Shown: positions 1-13,099, counted from the whole stretch's first letter. The stretch is DNA of 63,914 nucleotides, filler included, from Collodictyon triciliatum (GCA_043381765.1; 8 parts of 8 records of this genome joined end to end with filler, not necessarily neighbours in it); one strand, 5' to 3'. Made by a program: numbers and translations. The notes: generated from the letters alone by a model not told the origin.

Positions 1-228
1 GTTTTTTGTATTTTGTTTTTTGTATTTTGTTTTTTGTATTTTGTTTTTTGTATTTTGTTTTTTGTATTTTGTTTTTTGTATTTTGTTTTTTGTATTTTGT
101 ATTTTGTATTTTGTATTTTGTTTTTTGTATTTTGTTTTTTGTATTTTGTATTTTGTTTTTTTTTGTTTTTTTGTTTTTTTTTTTTTTTGTTTTTTGTTTT
201 TTTTTGTATTTTGTTTTTTGTTTTTTGA
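1..228. repeat. T-rich microsatellite (TTTTGTA/TTTTGTT units) at contig start
   Basis: Visible directly; source of the spurious F/V/C-rich ORFs at 6-251. Confidence 0.95.
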
Positions 229-274
229 TCGGTTGCTGTGATCAGCTGTGATCAGCTGTGATCGCGATCAGAAT

Positions 275-458
275 TTGTGCAGAGAACAGGCTGTCTATGG
301 AATCGTTCACGACATCTCCAAGGAATCGTGTGGTCTTTTTCCCGCAGACGAGGGTGGAATAACCGCCACCCTTGTCCGAGAAATCCCACTAGCAACGGCC
401 GCGTTGTTCATCCAGATTCGCCTGTCTCGAATTCCGGCCGGAGCACAATGTCTGCACA
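275..458. ncRNA. Candidate structured RNA or structured 5' leader upstream of TSR1, family not recognised
   Basis: Nested complementarity found by eye: 276-283/451-458 (or 275-280/443-448), 282-291/420-428, and three internal hairpins 308-312/326-330, 347-357/366-376, 391-397/402-408. No known RNA family motif recognised. Confidence 0.25.
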
Positions 459-587
459 CACAAGACACGGCGCTCTCTCGCTGCCCGCCTCGAAACCACA
501 CGCACAGATTCGAGCAAAGAGCGCAGTCGGCCGTGAGCGAAGCACCGGAGGAAATCGCCGCAGAGCGCAGCAGAAAAGGACGAAGCA

Positions 588-3500
588 ATGAGCGGGAAGG
601 CGAACGGCAGTGCAGCGCATCGCCACCGCGCCGGGCCGCTGAAGCAGAAGAACAAGCCGTTCAAGACAAAGTTCTCCTCAAAGAGCAAACTGCGGAATCG
701 CGACAAAGGTCGGTGGAACCACACTTGGTGGGCTGCAAACAAGCAACCAAGCAGATAATCATTCAAAAAAAATAAGGAGAAAAAGAGAAAAGGAACATGC
801 TTGCAGTCAAGGACTCGTGGGAGAAGAGGCACAAGATCGGCCGCCTTGGTCTGACGTGTCTGTGCGGTCTAGGTAAAAGCAACCTCAAAGACTCCGCGGG
901 CGGATCGTCAGGCACGCAGAGCGCAGCCGCCTCAAAGAGCGCCGCAAAGAGCATCAAAGCGCCCGAGGCTCGGGAAAACGAGTCCCGCGACAACCGCAAG
1001 AATCAGCTTCGGCAGATCCGCGAGAACAAACGCGCAGCCACCATGGAGAAGAAGCGTCGGCTCGGCGGTGTGGACGGGCCTCCAAAGATTTGTGTCTGTC
1101 GTTCATTTCTTTTCCTTTCATTTGCCACTCGTCGTCTATTTTTTTATTTTTTTATTTTTTTATTTTTGCTTGCTTTGCTTTGCTTGTTTGCCTGCCTCTG
1201 CTCTGAAAAATCCATTGAAACCGCCCTTTGTAGTCAGTCATCCAGCTGGGCTCAAACGCAGACTCTGCAAAGGCCCTCCAAGTGCTTCGTGCTGGCTGCG
1301 GCGGAGACGCACTCGTGGCCCCCTGCCGCGGTGGATTTGTGGCTCAGTAATCCCATCCATACAGATGCTTTTACATACAAACACACACACACACACATGA
1401 ATAAAGTCCATCTCCTCCGTATTAATACCTCCTCAAACACAGCGTGCCGCAACACAAGAACAGACTGCATTTCTGTGCTGTGACAAACGACCTGAACGCC
1501 ATCCTCGACATCGCAAAGGTACTTCTTCGCTCAGTGCGCCAATCAGGCAAACATTTCCATTCGATATTGCCTGCGCTAATCAGGAAACTCCCAGCTCGTG
1601 AAGGAGCAAACTGGTGGCGATAAGCTTTGTTTGTTTTTCTCTTTCTCTCTCTCTCTCCATATCTCTATCTCTTTTTTAACCAGTCCGCTGCTCTAAGGTA
1701 TCTGATTTGGTTCTCTTCCTCGTGAATGCCGAAGAGGGTGTTCCGCTTGTCGGTGGCCGAATCCTCTCGCTTCTCCGCACGCAAGGCATGCCCAGTGCAA
1801 TGGTCCTGCTGCAGGTTTGCTGTCCCCGTTCGCCGTCTCGATTGTAGCTAGCCATGCATCTTCGGCATTCTCAATAATATTATCGATGCATATCCCGCCA
1901 CATTGGAGACTTCTCTAATATCAGCTCGCTAATGTCCACAAATTATCAGGGCATGGATTTGCTGACTCCTACAAAAAAGCAGCAGGTGAAAAAGTATCAG
2001 CAGCGCTATTTCTCCACAGAATTCAGTGATGAGCCTAGAATTCTCCCCATCGATACCTCAGATGTATGTGTGATTGTTTATCGTAATTTCAATATGCTGT
2101 TGGTTCAAAGATCAGCGCAAGCATTATTAAAGTCACCTTTTGGTCTTCGTGCTCTCGAATGAAAATTAGGATGCAGAGCAGGTCATTCGATTCGTGTCTA
2201 TGCACAAGATAAATGCCATTAACTGGCGCGACATGCGAGCTTACATGTTGGCTACCGACGCTGAATTTATCACCACATCGCAGGAGCCTGATGCCGTAAT
2301 TACACATACATTCATATATACAAATCGGACGTCTCTCTTTCTTCTTTTTTTTTGCGCTGCATCACTCTGCATCATATCGCAATATGATTCGAATCATCGC
2401 TCTAGCTTGGAACGCTAGTTGTTGGTGGTTATCTTCGTGGAAACTTGCTTTCAGCGAATGATTTGGTCCATATTCCAGACTTTGGTGATTATCAACTTAT
2501 CAAGGTAGGTCTTTTAAAAAAAATAAAGCACCATAAACTTCCATCTAACAAAGAATCCTTCATCGCAAAAGCATACGTTCATGATGTTTGTCTGGGTGGA
2601 ACCAGTGAAATATTCCCCTTTATGAATAGATTGAAGCCGGAGCCGACCCTTGCACAATAAAGAAAAAACATGACCAGGTAGGCCAGCTGCCTTTATTAAT
2701 TCTTAAAAAAAAAACCATGCATTTGATCTCATTTCACATTTATTAAGATCGACATAATCAGAACAGTATGAGAAGTAAAAATGCCACAGAGAGCAAAAAA
2801 ATTCACACGGCACAATCCTTTTTTCTTCTTTCATTTATTTTGTTTCCTTTCTTTTAGGCTATTGAAGCCGTTGCCAACATAATTTTAGATACGGCTGACC
2901 CATCCAAACAGGTTAAAATTAAATGATCAACAATATAGCGTATATAATTTGATTGTGCACAGCTAAATCTTTTCAAGAAAATTTCCCTGACAAATGAACA
3001 GATTTCATGAACGTAAACGCTGTGCGTATCACGATGGATAATATTTGTGAATATTCTAGGAGTCACTTGAATCGGTGGTAGTCCCCAACTTCATGTCTAA
3101 CGAGCAAACGTGGCCCACTGAGGAGGACTATAAAGAGGCACAGAGTAAGCCACTTTAGTTCAATCACGAATGGGCCTGTGGATTCACTTATATATCTCTT
3201 ACTTATGAGTTATATTCACATAGCAATAAACATGCGTCTTTCTTACTTTAGAACAGAAGCAAACAAAACGAAAAGTCCCAAAGGGTACTTCCGACTACCA
3301 GGCCACTTGGATTATAGACTCGGATGGAGAGGACGAAAGCCAGGGGTCTATGCAAGAAAATGAAGAAAGTGATGGCGCACAAAGTGATGAGGAATATGAC
3401 AATGTACCTGATGAACCGGCAGACGAAACAATGCTCGCACCGCCATCAGTGGAATTCAAGAGTCCATTTCTTCATAACATGAACACGGCCATAAGTGCAA

Positions 3501-5703
3501 CGCCAACGCCTTCGATGCGGGATGACCGAAGCGTCTTTGATTTTCAAGTGGCAGACGACCCAGATGATGCTGATGAGAGGTTAGCTTTGCTCAGACCAGC
3601 CACTTTTTTCATTCATACCTATCCTAGAGCATTCAAGATAAAATGGCGCATCTGTTTCGTTTGATTTATACACATCATCATTTGAGATCATTCTAATTTT
3701 TCGTTTCCTTAAAATATATTTATTTGTATTTGCTTGTCAGGAACCGTGTATTGCAAGCATATCGCGAAAGTCTAAACGACTTGGAGTTTCCTGATGAAGT
3801 TGACACCCCGCTCGACCAACCAGCCCGTGAACGGTTCGCTCGGTATCGCGGCCTAAAGCATATCAAGCAATCCTCGTGGGATCCAAAAGAGAGCCTCCCT
3901 GTCGAGTACGCGCGTATTTATCAATTTGCAAACTTTACACGAACTATGAAGAAGGTGATGAGCGAGAAGACAGGAGTTGAGGTGACACACTTTTCATGCA
4001 TTACAAGGACGAAGTGAGAGTTAATGGCATGCAGATTTTGTTGGAAAATGAATCCCCATTACGTCTTCTTTTCTTTTCTTTTCTTTTCTTTTCTTTTCTT
4101 TTCTTTTCTTTTCTTTTCTTTTCTTTTCTTTTCTTTTCTTTTCTTTTCTTTTCTTTTCTTTTCTTTTGAAAGTAAAAATGTCATCTAATCCGTGATTAAT
4201 GTTGTAGTCTGGCGTTTACATCCGCGTCGCTATCTCCAGTGTCCCACCATCAATCATGAGTAAGGGAACGTACTGACATTCATGCTTTTCTAATATTTAA
4301 GATAAAAATGGTTGTGGCTTGGGTTCCTTTGAGCCTTCTAATTGTGAGAATCTCCTCATTTGCATGATTTACTGATTTTAAATCTATTCTAGCTCAGTAT
4401 GTGGAAAACCGGCCTCTTGTCATTGGCGGCCTTCTGAAGTATGAAAACAAAATGACGGTGCTCAACTTCTCCATTCAAAAATACATCACCTGCGAAGATT
4501 TGATTCAATCTAAGGTATACCTAAGGCAGCACACACGCAAGGAAGATGACATGATTCCAATTCTATTATGCTTTGTTTCTTTTCTTAATTATGGTGGAGA
4601 GACCACTTTAACTATACGACAGAAGAGACAGGAAAAAGCTGTGTATTTGGCACCTTTGCGTTAATTTTGCTCACCGTCCCACACAGGACCCACTCATCTT
4701 CCATTACGGGTTCCGTCGCTACCAGGCCAGGCCAATCTTTTCTGAAAACTCACAGGGTATCGACAAGCACAAAATGGAGAGGTTCTTACAGCCTGGTCGG
4801 TTTTCAGTTGCCACCATCTATGCTCCTGCCTGTTACCCACCAGCATCCGTCATTATTTTCCGCGGGAACTCTGACCGTACGTTTTTTTGGTTTTTTTTTT
4901 TTTACGTGAGGATAAAGAAATCACACCGACACTTCTATCTCTCTGATTCTTATTGAATATCAATTCATTCATTTTTTTTTGCATTTTTCTGTCTTTGTTT
5001 TTGTATCATGGAATGTAATTCGTAGCCAATCATATTGTCGCTACTGGGACTTTATTGAGTGTCGACCCCGACCGAATCATCTTGAAGAGAATTATCCTGT
5101 CGGGCTTCCCGTTCAAGGTTCATAAGAAAACATGCGTCATCCGATACATGTTCTTCAACCCTGGTGGGTGTGCTAAATCCCATTTTGTGTATTTGGCTAT
5201 CCCTTACATTTCAGTTATTTTTATTGTTATTTTGGATTCTTGTCTTTTGTTTCGTTTGTTGTTTGGTCCCCAAGTTTAACTGACCGTTGCCGTATAGAGG
5301 ATATCCGATGGTTCAAGCCTGTGGAGCTTTGGACAAAGTATGGTCGTGTGGGTCATATTCGGGAGCCGCTTGGTAAGATTTCGTATATTAGGCCCAGACA
5401 CCCAGAGGCGAAACAAGATTCGACACAAACACCGAATTATGTCTTCCTTGGGCTCTGATTCATTTGTGTTTGTCCTCTCAGAAGTACAAAAAAAAAGAGA
5501 GAGAAAGAAAGGGGAAAAAAAAGGGAGATTGAATGAAACGGTCAAACAAAATCAACACAGGCACGCACGGACACATGAAATGTCTGTTCGACGGTGTCGT
5601 GACGATGCAGGACACCATCTGCATGAGTTTATACAAGCGTGTATTCCCCAAGTGGCCTGTGGAGGACCGCGTCATCGAGGACGAGATGGGCAACCAGGAC
5701 TAA
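588..5703 (+). CDS. TSR1: Pre-rRNA-processing protein TSR1 (BMS1/TSR1 family), multi-exon, complete
   Basis: Spliced motifs [162 protein letters not shown] at 588, TAA at 5701-5703, GT-AG introns. Confidence 0.96.
4068..4167 (+). repeat. (CTTTT)n microsatellite in a TSR1 intron
   Basis: Visible directly. Confidence 0.95.
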
Positions 5704-5867
5704 TGAGACGGTACTTTCCAGAAACAACCCCGATAAATAGCCTTTGCAAACCCGCTCCAGCTCGATGGACACAGAGTGCGGCGCTTGGTCAGCGGGTTTA
5801 GTGTGCGGGAGGGTCCGCCGTCTCTTGGGAGGCATCGCACTGCATTTCGCAGAAGGACACGCCGGAC

Positions 5868-5973
5868 TCTCTGTCTCTGTCTCTGTCTCTGTCTCTGTCT
5901 CTGTCTCTGTCTCTGTCTCTGTCTCTGTCTCTGTCTCTGTCTCTGTCTCTGTCTCTGTCTCTGTCTCTGTCTC
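5868..5973. repeat. (TCTCTG)n microsatellite between the convergent TSR1 and MAP67-like genes
   Basis: Visible directly; source of the poly-SV/RQ/CL/RD spurious ORFs. Confidence 0.95.
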
Positions 5974-6512
5974 CCTCTTCCATGGCGGGTCAGTCGGCTT
6001 CTGTGTCTTGCGTGCGCTTCTTCTTTTCTATCTTGCCTTGCGATGTCTTGTCTTGTGTTTGCATATGAAAGGCCGCGTGTCATTTTTCGAGGAAAAACAG
6101 AGCGCGGATTTCTGGGGGCTGCAAGATTGTGACTATAGACTAATTATATGCCTAATGTTGTGTTTCAAATATTTTCTTTCATTTATGCTGCTCATTTGAT
6201 CATACAAATCCTGAGATAATTCGATGGTGTCATAAATTCCATATATGACTATTTCGATTCCGTATGTCTCTGTCCCCGCCCTCTCTCCCGGAACAATAAA
6301 GCCTTTGTTCTTTGCTCCCAGAGCGCAGGAGGCATTCGCCTTGGACGTGCACCGCAAGGACTTTCGCTGGATTTTACTTCATCACCATAGATTGAAGATG
6401 AAAGATTACCAAGAAGGTGATGCCAGATGTAAACTACGCGCTGTGCACTCGTGTCTGCACCACCACTTGCAAGGCACAGGCCGCAGCCGCAGAGAGTGTT
6501 TATTCGGTGTGG

Positions 6513-7704
6513 CTATTTCCGGTGCTGGTACTTGGGGCCCATCCACATGCCGAGCTCATACATGTCCTTGGGCATGGGCTTGCCTTCCTTGTGGCGGTTG
6601 CGAATCCACTTGTGCAGCATCTGCATCTACGCGGATACAAATCACAGCCGGCAGGGTTGGAGAGGCGTGGGTGAGTATTGGGCGTCACAGGCGCAGACAG
6701 GACTGAACAAGAAGGAAGTTGGAAAAAGAGAGGGAGAAAAAAATAGAAAGATGGGATGCACCTGCTCGAATCTCTGGAGAAGGCGGTTGATGTCCGAGAC
6801 GTCGACCTTTGCGGCTGCGGCGATGCGCTTCTTCTCCTCGGCCTTGAGAATGGCATCTCCGGACCGTTCAGCGGGCTGGATAGGTGCAGGTGTGCGTTTT
6901 TTGTGTGTATGTGTGCATGTGTGTATGTGTGTATGTGTGTATGTGTGTATGTGTGTATGTGTGTATGTGTGTATGTGTGTATGTGTGTATGTGTGCATGT
7001 GTGTATGTGTGTATGTGTGTATGTGTGTATGTGTTTTGTGTTTTGTGATTTTTTTTTGTGATTTTTTTTTGTGATTTTTTTTGTGATTTTTTTTGTGATT
7101 TTTTTTGTTTTTGTGATTTTTGTGATTTTTGTAATTTTTGTTGTGTGTATGTGTGTGTTTGGTTCCTCAGTTGCGCAGACCAAGCTCAGAAAGAGTGATG
7201 AGGGAAGAGTTACCGTCATAGCCTCGATAATAGCCTCCTGCGTCTTGAATTCCTGGTACATCGGGTTGTTCTACGGCCGAGGAGTGTGTGAGTTTACTTG
7301 TGTGCACAAAGAGCAAGCAACAAAGAGCAAGCAACAAGCAACAAGCAACAAGCAACAAGCAAAGAGCAAAGAGCAAAGAGCAACATGAGGCATGAGGCAT
7401 GAGGCATGAGGCTTGCCTTGACGCTGGGGATCATCGCGGTGAAGCGGCCTATGCCCGCCTGGCGCAGCCCCTCCTTGAGCGAGTCGAAGTGGTGGTTCAG
7501 CGTGTAGCGGTCGATCGAGCACATCGTCCCGACCATCGACTCGAACTGCTTCTGCACCGTCTCTGTCGCCTTCTCCTGCTGCGACTCCACAAAGCGATCG
7601 TACAGTCCCATCCGCCGCACACCCGCGCTGCCGCCCACAACGCCCGTGGCCTGCGGGGAAGTCCAATGCAGCCGCGCAGACAGCGCACGTCCGATCCGGT
7701 ACAT
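6513..7704 (-). CDS. 190-aa protein with a predicted mitochondrial presequence and an SRP54/Ffh signal-peptide-binding (M) domain only (MAP67-like)
   Basis: Four phase-0 exons: 7704-7417, 7270-7214, 6875-6762, 6626-6513; first intron is GC-AG. Protein: MYRIGRALSARLHW...YTLNHHFDSLKEG...FKTQEAIIEAMT/PAERSGDAILKAEEKKRIAAAAKVDVSDINRLLQRFEQ/MQMLHKWIRNRHKEGKPMPKD. This follows the M-domain pattern FTL..., AII.SMT..ER..., RIA...V..VN.LL.QF.QM. No GTPase domain. Confidence 0.8.
6901..7160. repeat. Compound (GTGTAT/GT)n plus T-rich microsatellite filling intron 2 of the MAP67-like gene
   Basis: Visible directly. Confidence 0.9.
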
Positions 7705-7970
7705 TCTTCTGTTCTCTTCTGTTCTCTTCTGTTGCTCTCTTGCTTCGACTTCCCGCTTCGCCTGGTGGTGATATTGAGTAGGTTGAGTTGCCAGCCGCGC
7801 TGGTAAGTCGGCCTTCCATATCGTCATGTTTTTAATTAGCAAATTGATATATAGTAATTATTTCAGTATCCAACATGACATTCACCTATTTTCGCAGGCA
7901 CAGTATGTATCATATTAATAAATCCCGCATTTAGATGCCACATTCGATTCAAATTTTAAAAAGACAAAAC

Positions 7971-8132
7971 CAAAAAGAACAAAAGAACAAAAGAACAAAA
8001 GAACAAAAGAACAAAAGAACAAAAGAACCAAAGAACAAAAGAACAAAAGAACAAAAGAACAAAAGAACAAAAGAACAAAAGAACAAAAGAACAAAAGAAC
8101 AAAAGAACAAAAGAACAAAAGAACAAAAGAAC
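7971..8132. repeat. (CAAAAGAA)n microsatellite at contig end
   Basis: Visible directly. Confidence 0.95.
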
Positions 8133-8232
8133 NNNNNNNNNNNNNNNNNNNNNNNNNNNNNNNNNNNNNNNNNNNNTTAATTAATTAANNNNNNNNNNNN
8201 NNNNNNNNNNNNNNNNNNNNNNNNNNNNNNNN
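8133..8232. other. Artificial contig linker N44-TTAATTAATTAA-N44
   Basis: Six-frame-stop linker; identical copies at 16358, 24580, 32801, 41016, 49228 and 57440. Confidence 0.98.
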
Positions 8233-8242
8233 AAAAAAATAG

Positions 8243-8310
<68 letters not shown>

Positions 8311-8350
8311 AGAGAAAGAAAGGAAGTTGTAGTTATATTTGGCCTAAAAC

Positions 8351-11300
8351 TCACAAGGGAATGTTGGCATCGCCTCCACTGTGACCCCGTAAAGGACGAT
8401 GCTTAGAATCGCTTTGTGTGAGGGGCTGTAAGTCTTCTTCAATTTCCTCCTCGTCTCTGACGGTGATTTCATCCGTGTAGCTAAATCTGAAAAAAAAAAA
8501 GCATTCAATAGATAAAAACGCACTTAAGTTTGTCTGGACAAGCACAAAATGAGACGACCAAGAAAATTCTTTTGAAAAGCAAAAGCAAAAGCATACCGGA
8601 GATTATTCTCGCAGGGTCTCCAAAGGAAAGAAATGGCTGACAATACCAAAAAGTACACAGACTGCCAATAAACGCGAACGGCCCAATAGTCCTCCCATGT
8701 TTCACTGCTATCACCACTGAGTTCTGTAATACTGAACGCAATTCGTTACAAGCATAATTTTTATTTCCCACATGTGTTCTTTTGAAAGAGTCACAGATGA
8801 TAAAAACTTATGTTTAAAGCGTTGTGGAAGTAATTTTATAAATATGAGCAAATATAGGAATATATGATATCGAAATTTAATATCGTTAAATGTAAAATCA
8901 GCTAAGATGACGGAAAGCAGCAGTATGCTGGTTTATGATGCATTGTGAATTTCAAAGTGAATTAGGAAAGAACTTACACTTGTATGATAGCGCAAAATAA
9001 AGACAAAGCAACACACCCAACCATGACGTAATAGAAATTCTGATACATTTCCACTTTCACAGTCTGACGGCGAATGACCAAATTGGCAATTGTGCGGTTA
9101 AGGGAATAGAAAATCTGTAACATAAAGTAGTTAAGAAAGGGAAAAAATAATAGGAGTAGTATAACATAATCCAAATTATATAATAGAAGCGTACATAAAT
9201 AATGCGCCATACTAATTAAGGATAGAAAAGAAATGTAGACAGAAGAAAGTTCTGGCAAAAATCGAAAGGAAGAGCGGGGAGAAAAAGGGTTAACGAAGAG
9301 GGAAAAAAAAAAGTACCATGTAGATTAGTGCAGCGTCAAGAAAAACCACTGGAATTGTAAACAGGATTCTAATCAACACGCTAACAGAGGTCTCCATACT
9401 CATATTGTCCACCACTTCAAGAAGCCCAGAAAAGATAAAGTAAAGTAGCCCAAACAATAATACTTTGTATGTATTACTTCCAAGTGTGGGTCTATTGGAT
9501 TTTAATGTGTGAAGGCTATATAAAACCATGCTTAACCAAACCAAGAAAAAAAAAGCATGTTTGAGTTGCGTACAACGAAGAAAAAAATGGCAAGGTAGAA
9601 CTAGCCTAACAACACCGTATCCCATGCTAACAACCAAAACAAGCAATCTGGAGGCTGATTTCTTTATGACATTCAAAAGAGTAGAAAACACTTGAGCAGC
9701 AGTATCTAGAAAAATAAAAATGATATGAGATTTTGATGTGAAAGAAAAATATAACAAAGGAAGAAAGCAACGGTTAAAATTTTCTGAAAAAAAATGGTAT
9801 GGATACCTATTCTGCCAGATTGATTTTGCTCTTCCCAGAAATAAAAAGTTGTAGCCATCTCCGCCATTCCAATTACAATTAGTCCTGCAATACAAATCTA
9901 GTACAAGATAATAGTCATCAGAACCATCAGAACAATACTGATTATAAATAGTCAAAAAATCAGCATCATAAAGTCAATAGGGTCTTTTAGCCAATAAAAA
10001 AAAATTATTTTTTTTAGCTGGATAACTGACATTGAATATATGTTAATAAATTCAATAGCAATGTTTTTTTTTTGTATTTATTCATTTATACCTGCAACTT
10101 GGTCAAATCTTTCCAGTAAAGGGCTGAAAGGCTCATCCATACAAGTCCTAGGATGAGGTATGCAATAGCCAGATAGCCGTACCACTAAATATTAGAATTA
10201 TATTTTTTTAATTCTGGGAAATTATATTATTATTATTATATTTTGGCAAAGCTAACACTGCTCATATAGAATCTCTTTACGGTACAAATCCCTCATATTC
10301 TAGTCATGGAGTTCAAAGATGGAAAATTGTGCTTAAATGAGGAGAATAAATACGAACAGAGAGGAGGTCATAAAACTGTCCTGGGAGATAACCATATGGG
10401 TTTTTCCATTCCGAAACACCACTGATATAAACAGTGGACGTATCTTTATTACAATTCGTAAAGAAAATGTAATAGTATCCTGTCTTTGTAATAAGGGTTT
10501 TCTAGATAGATTTGATCGACTAGTTAGCTGACTATTTTTTTTTAAAAAAAAAAAAAGATAAAAGAAAAGCACTCGTTGGCAGTTTTTGAAATATACGTGT
10601 TTGAGAGATAAAAAAAAAAAAAAAGAAGGAAGGATTACTGATTCCACATGAGCTGTTTTTGTTCCTTTTGGAAATGAAACCTCCGTACGGAAAATAAGAT
10701 CTTCACTGGTGTCAATTATGGTGCGAAGTGAATTCTCACATACCCTTTCGTCAAATAATCGTCTTGTACAACAGTAGTATATCTAGGAGGTCATGAAGTT
10801 TAGAAAAATAAAGAAATATGGCACATATTCATCGTGACAAAAAAAATTAGAAAAAAAGCCCCACGCTGTCATTCTCGTCCTCATATCCCATATTGTCATA
10901 TCTAGACTCATGCAAAACTATGATTTCTATATATCCTTCATTCTCGTCTGAGTCTCTCTCTATACTTACTGGTATTTTAAAGTATTATGTTTTTCCTTCT
11001 CCAAGTGAATTATATACCAGCATTAGTATACAAATTATAACAAATTAACACAAGTGTAAAAATACGGATATATAATTTAGGATAAACCCGAATTTATAAG
11101 GGTATTAGGGGTATTCTTACAATCATAATGCACAAAGCTTTTATGGTCTCCTGCGGGTGTGTCGTCGGGGGAATACATCCCTACTTTTTGGAAAAATGCG
11201 TGTGACCCATCTTCACTGCTTGTGAGCTAATCGATTACCCAAAGTTAAAAATAAGAAGGGAGTGACTACATTTTTGAATCTAGCATGTAAATATATATGT

Positions 11301-11740
11301 GGATCGCAAACAATCCTAAATAAGCAGGAAAATATGGTTTCTGTTGAATATGATATTTAATTATATTAAACCCTCCTTAATTATTTTTTCGGTCCCTATC
11401 ATGAACTTTTCGTAAATAGATATTTTGTCGCTTTCAAAATTAGATATTTTTACTTTTCATTATTTTATATTATTCGATTTTCATCAATATTAGACAATTA
11501 TTTTCACAACACTCTGTCATATATTTTCTCCTTTTTTTCTTTACCATTATTCTACTTAATTTCTTTTTATTTGCATTTTTTCATTTTACTATCAATTTTG
11601 TTTTATAGACCACCTGACGCTGGCAAACACACCTGAAAATTGTCGTAGCGAATGATGTTTGCGCTGGCCATTTGGAGAGCGAGCACAAGGCACAGTCCCG
11701 GAAGAAGCTGACTTGGACGGAATGACTTCGATCGATCCAT
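8351..11740 (-). CDS. TMEM87/GPR107-like GOST (lung seven-transmembrane receptor family) protein, multi-exon
   Basis: Signal peptide MDRSKSFRPSQLLPGLCLVLALQMASA; motifs IYYCCT, WKNPYGYLPG, KKSASRLLVLVVSMGYGVVR/PTLG, LDAALIYM/IFYSL, FLWRPCENNLR/FSY. The stop at 8351 could instead be a further donor near the contig end. Confidence 0.88.
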
Positions 11741-11756
11741 CCTGCAAAGAAATTGA

Positions 11757-11880
<124 letters not shown>

Positions 11881-13099
11881 GCAAAAAGAACATTAGGGAA
11901 AAAAACAAAAGCAACACATAATAAAAGTAAAGGCAAAAATAAAAATAGTTTTATAGAAACAAAAAAAAGTGCATAGTAAGGGGCAGGACGTGGGCAAGCC
12001 GCCTGCTTTCTCTTCATGAGCCACGCTTTGTGAAAGTTTGAGTTCTCGCAGCACAAAATCTAGGAAACCACACACGATCTGCTGGGAAAGAGCGGAATCA
12101 AACCTCATCGGCGGTGCGGATTTGGATATGAAATTTTCAGTCAGATTATTTTTTCTTTTTTCTTTTTTCTTTTTTCTTTTTCCTTTTCTTTTTTCTTTTT
12201 TCTTTTTCTTTTTCTTTTTTCTTTCTTTTTTCTTTTTTCAAGCCGAAATATAGGTGCGTCATAATGTTGTTGTTGTGAACGGCATGCTAGCTGTGGTATT
12301 GGTTTGTCCCTAATCGCCTCAATTCAAGTTTTCTTCTGGATTCCGTAGGTTTTTTCTTGCACTTAGATGGCATAGAGTATCACCAACTTATAATTAATTC
12401 AAGAGTTAGAGGGAGATGTTATTTGGTCTTGCAACCACCACACACTCGCTATACATGTAATGATGCTTCTTGTCTACCTTTGATAAACGATAGCTTTTTC
12501 ATCAGGCGAATAATAATCCTCATCATTTTGCACAATTGAAAGGAAGAATAAAAAAAAATCAGACAAATAATAATCATGTGATCCAATCTTTTTTTTTTTT
12601 TGATTGGTGTGGGGTGTAGAATGAGCCAGATAATAGAAAGATAAAAGGGAAAGGTGTGTCAGTTTCTAAAAGCGTGTCTCTGGATGTTCGGTGCATCTAA
12701 GATGAGCGGCTGATTTTTTTTCGTATGTTTATGAGCCAGAGCATTTGAATCGCCTTAATCCACGAAGATACCTTTTCATACGACTAACAGATTCGGTAGA
12801 GGAATTAATCCATGGTAAAAATTCTTCGGAGCCATGGTTGCCTGCGGCTCGAAACTATAAAATTCATGATGGAAGGCTGCATCGCCACTAAAAAAAAAAA
12901 AACTCAAGGATTGTGGATGTTCTATCAGCATAAGAACCATTGATTCATGAAGAATTCAATATAGAAACATGTTCAGAGTTGTATTGTGAACTGAATTCCT
13001 TGGATGATTTCGCTTTACTTGTTCGATTTTGAAAAATTATAATCATACAGAACGAAATTGGTCAGCTTCTCAACGAGGAATTGGATTGCAATTTTATTC

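Noticed and set aside
1535-1588. Imperfect direct repeat TGCGCCAATCAGGCAAAC/TGCGCTAATCAGGAAAC around TTCCATTCGAT in a TSR1 intron
   Set aside because: Could be an old tag insertion, but the core match is partial and the repeat does not start at T|A; not counted.
7942-7956. Partial tag core (minus strand TTTGAATCGAAT)
   Set aside because: Only 12 nt match, with no tail or TSD.
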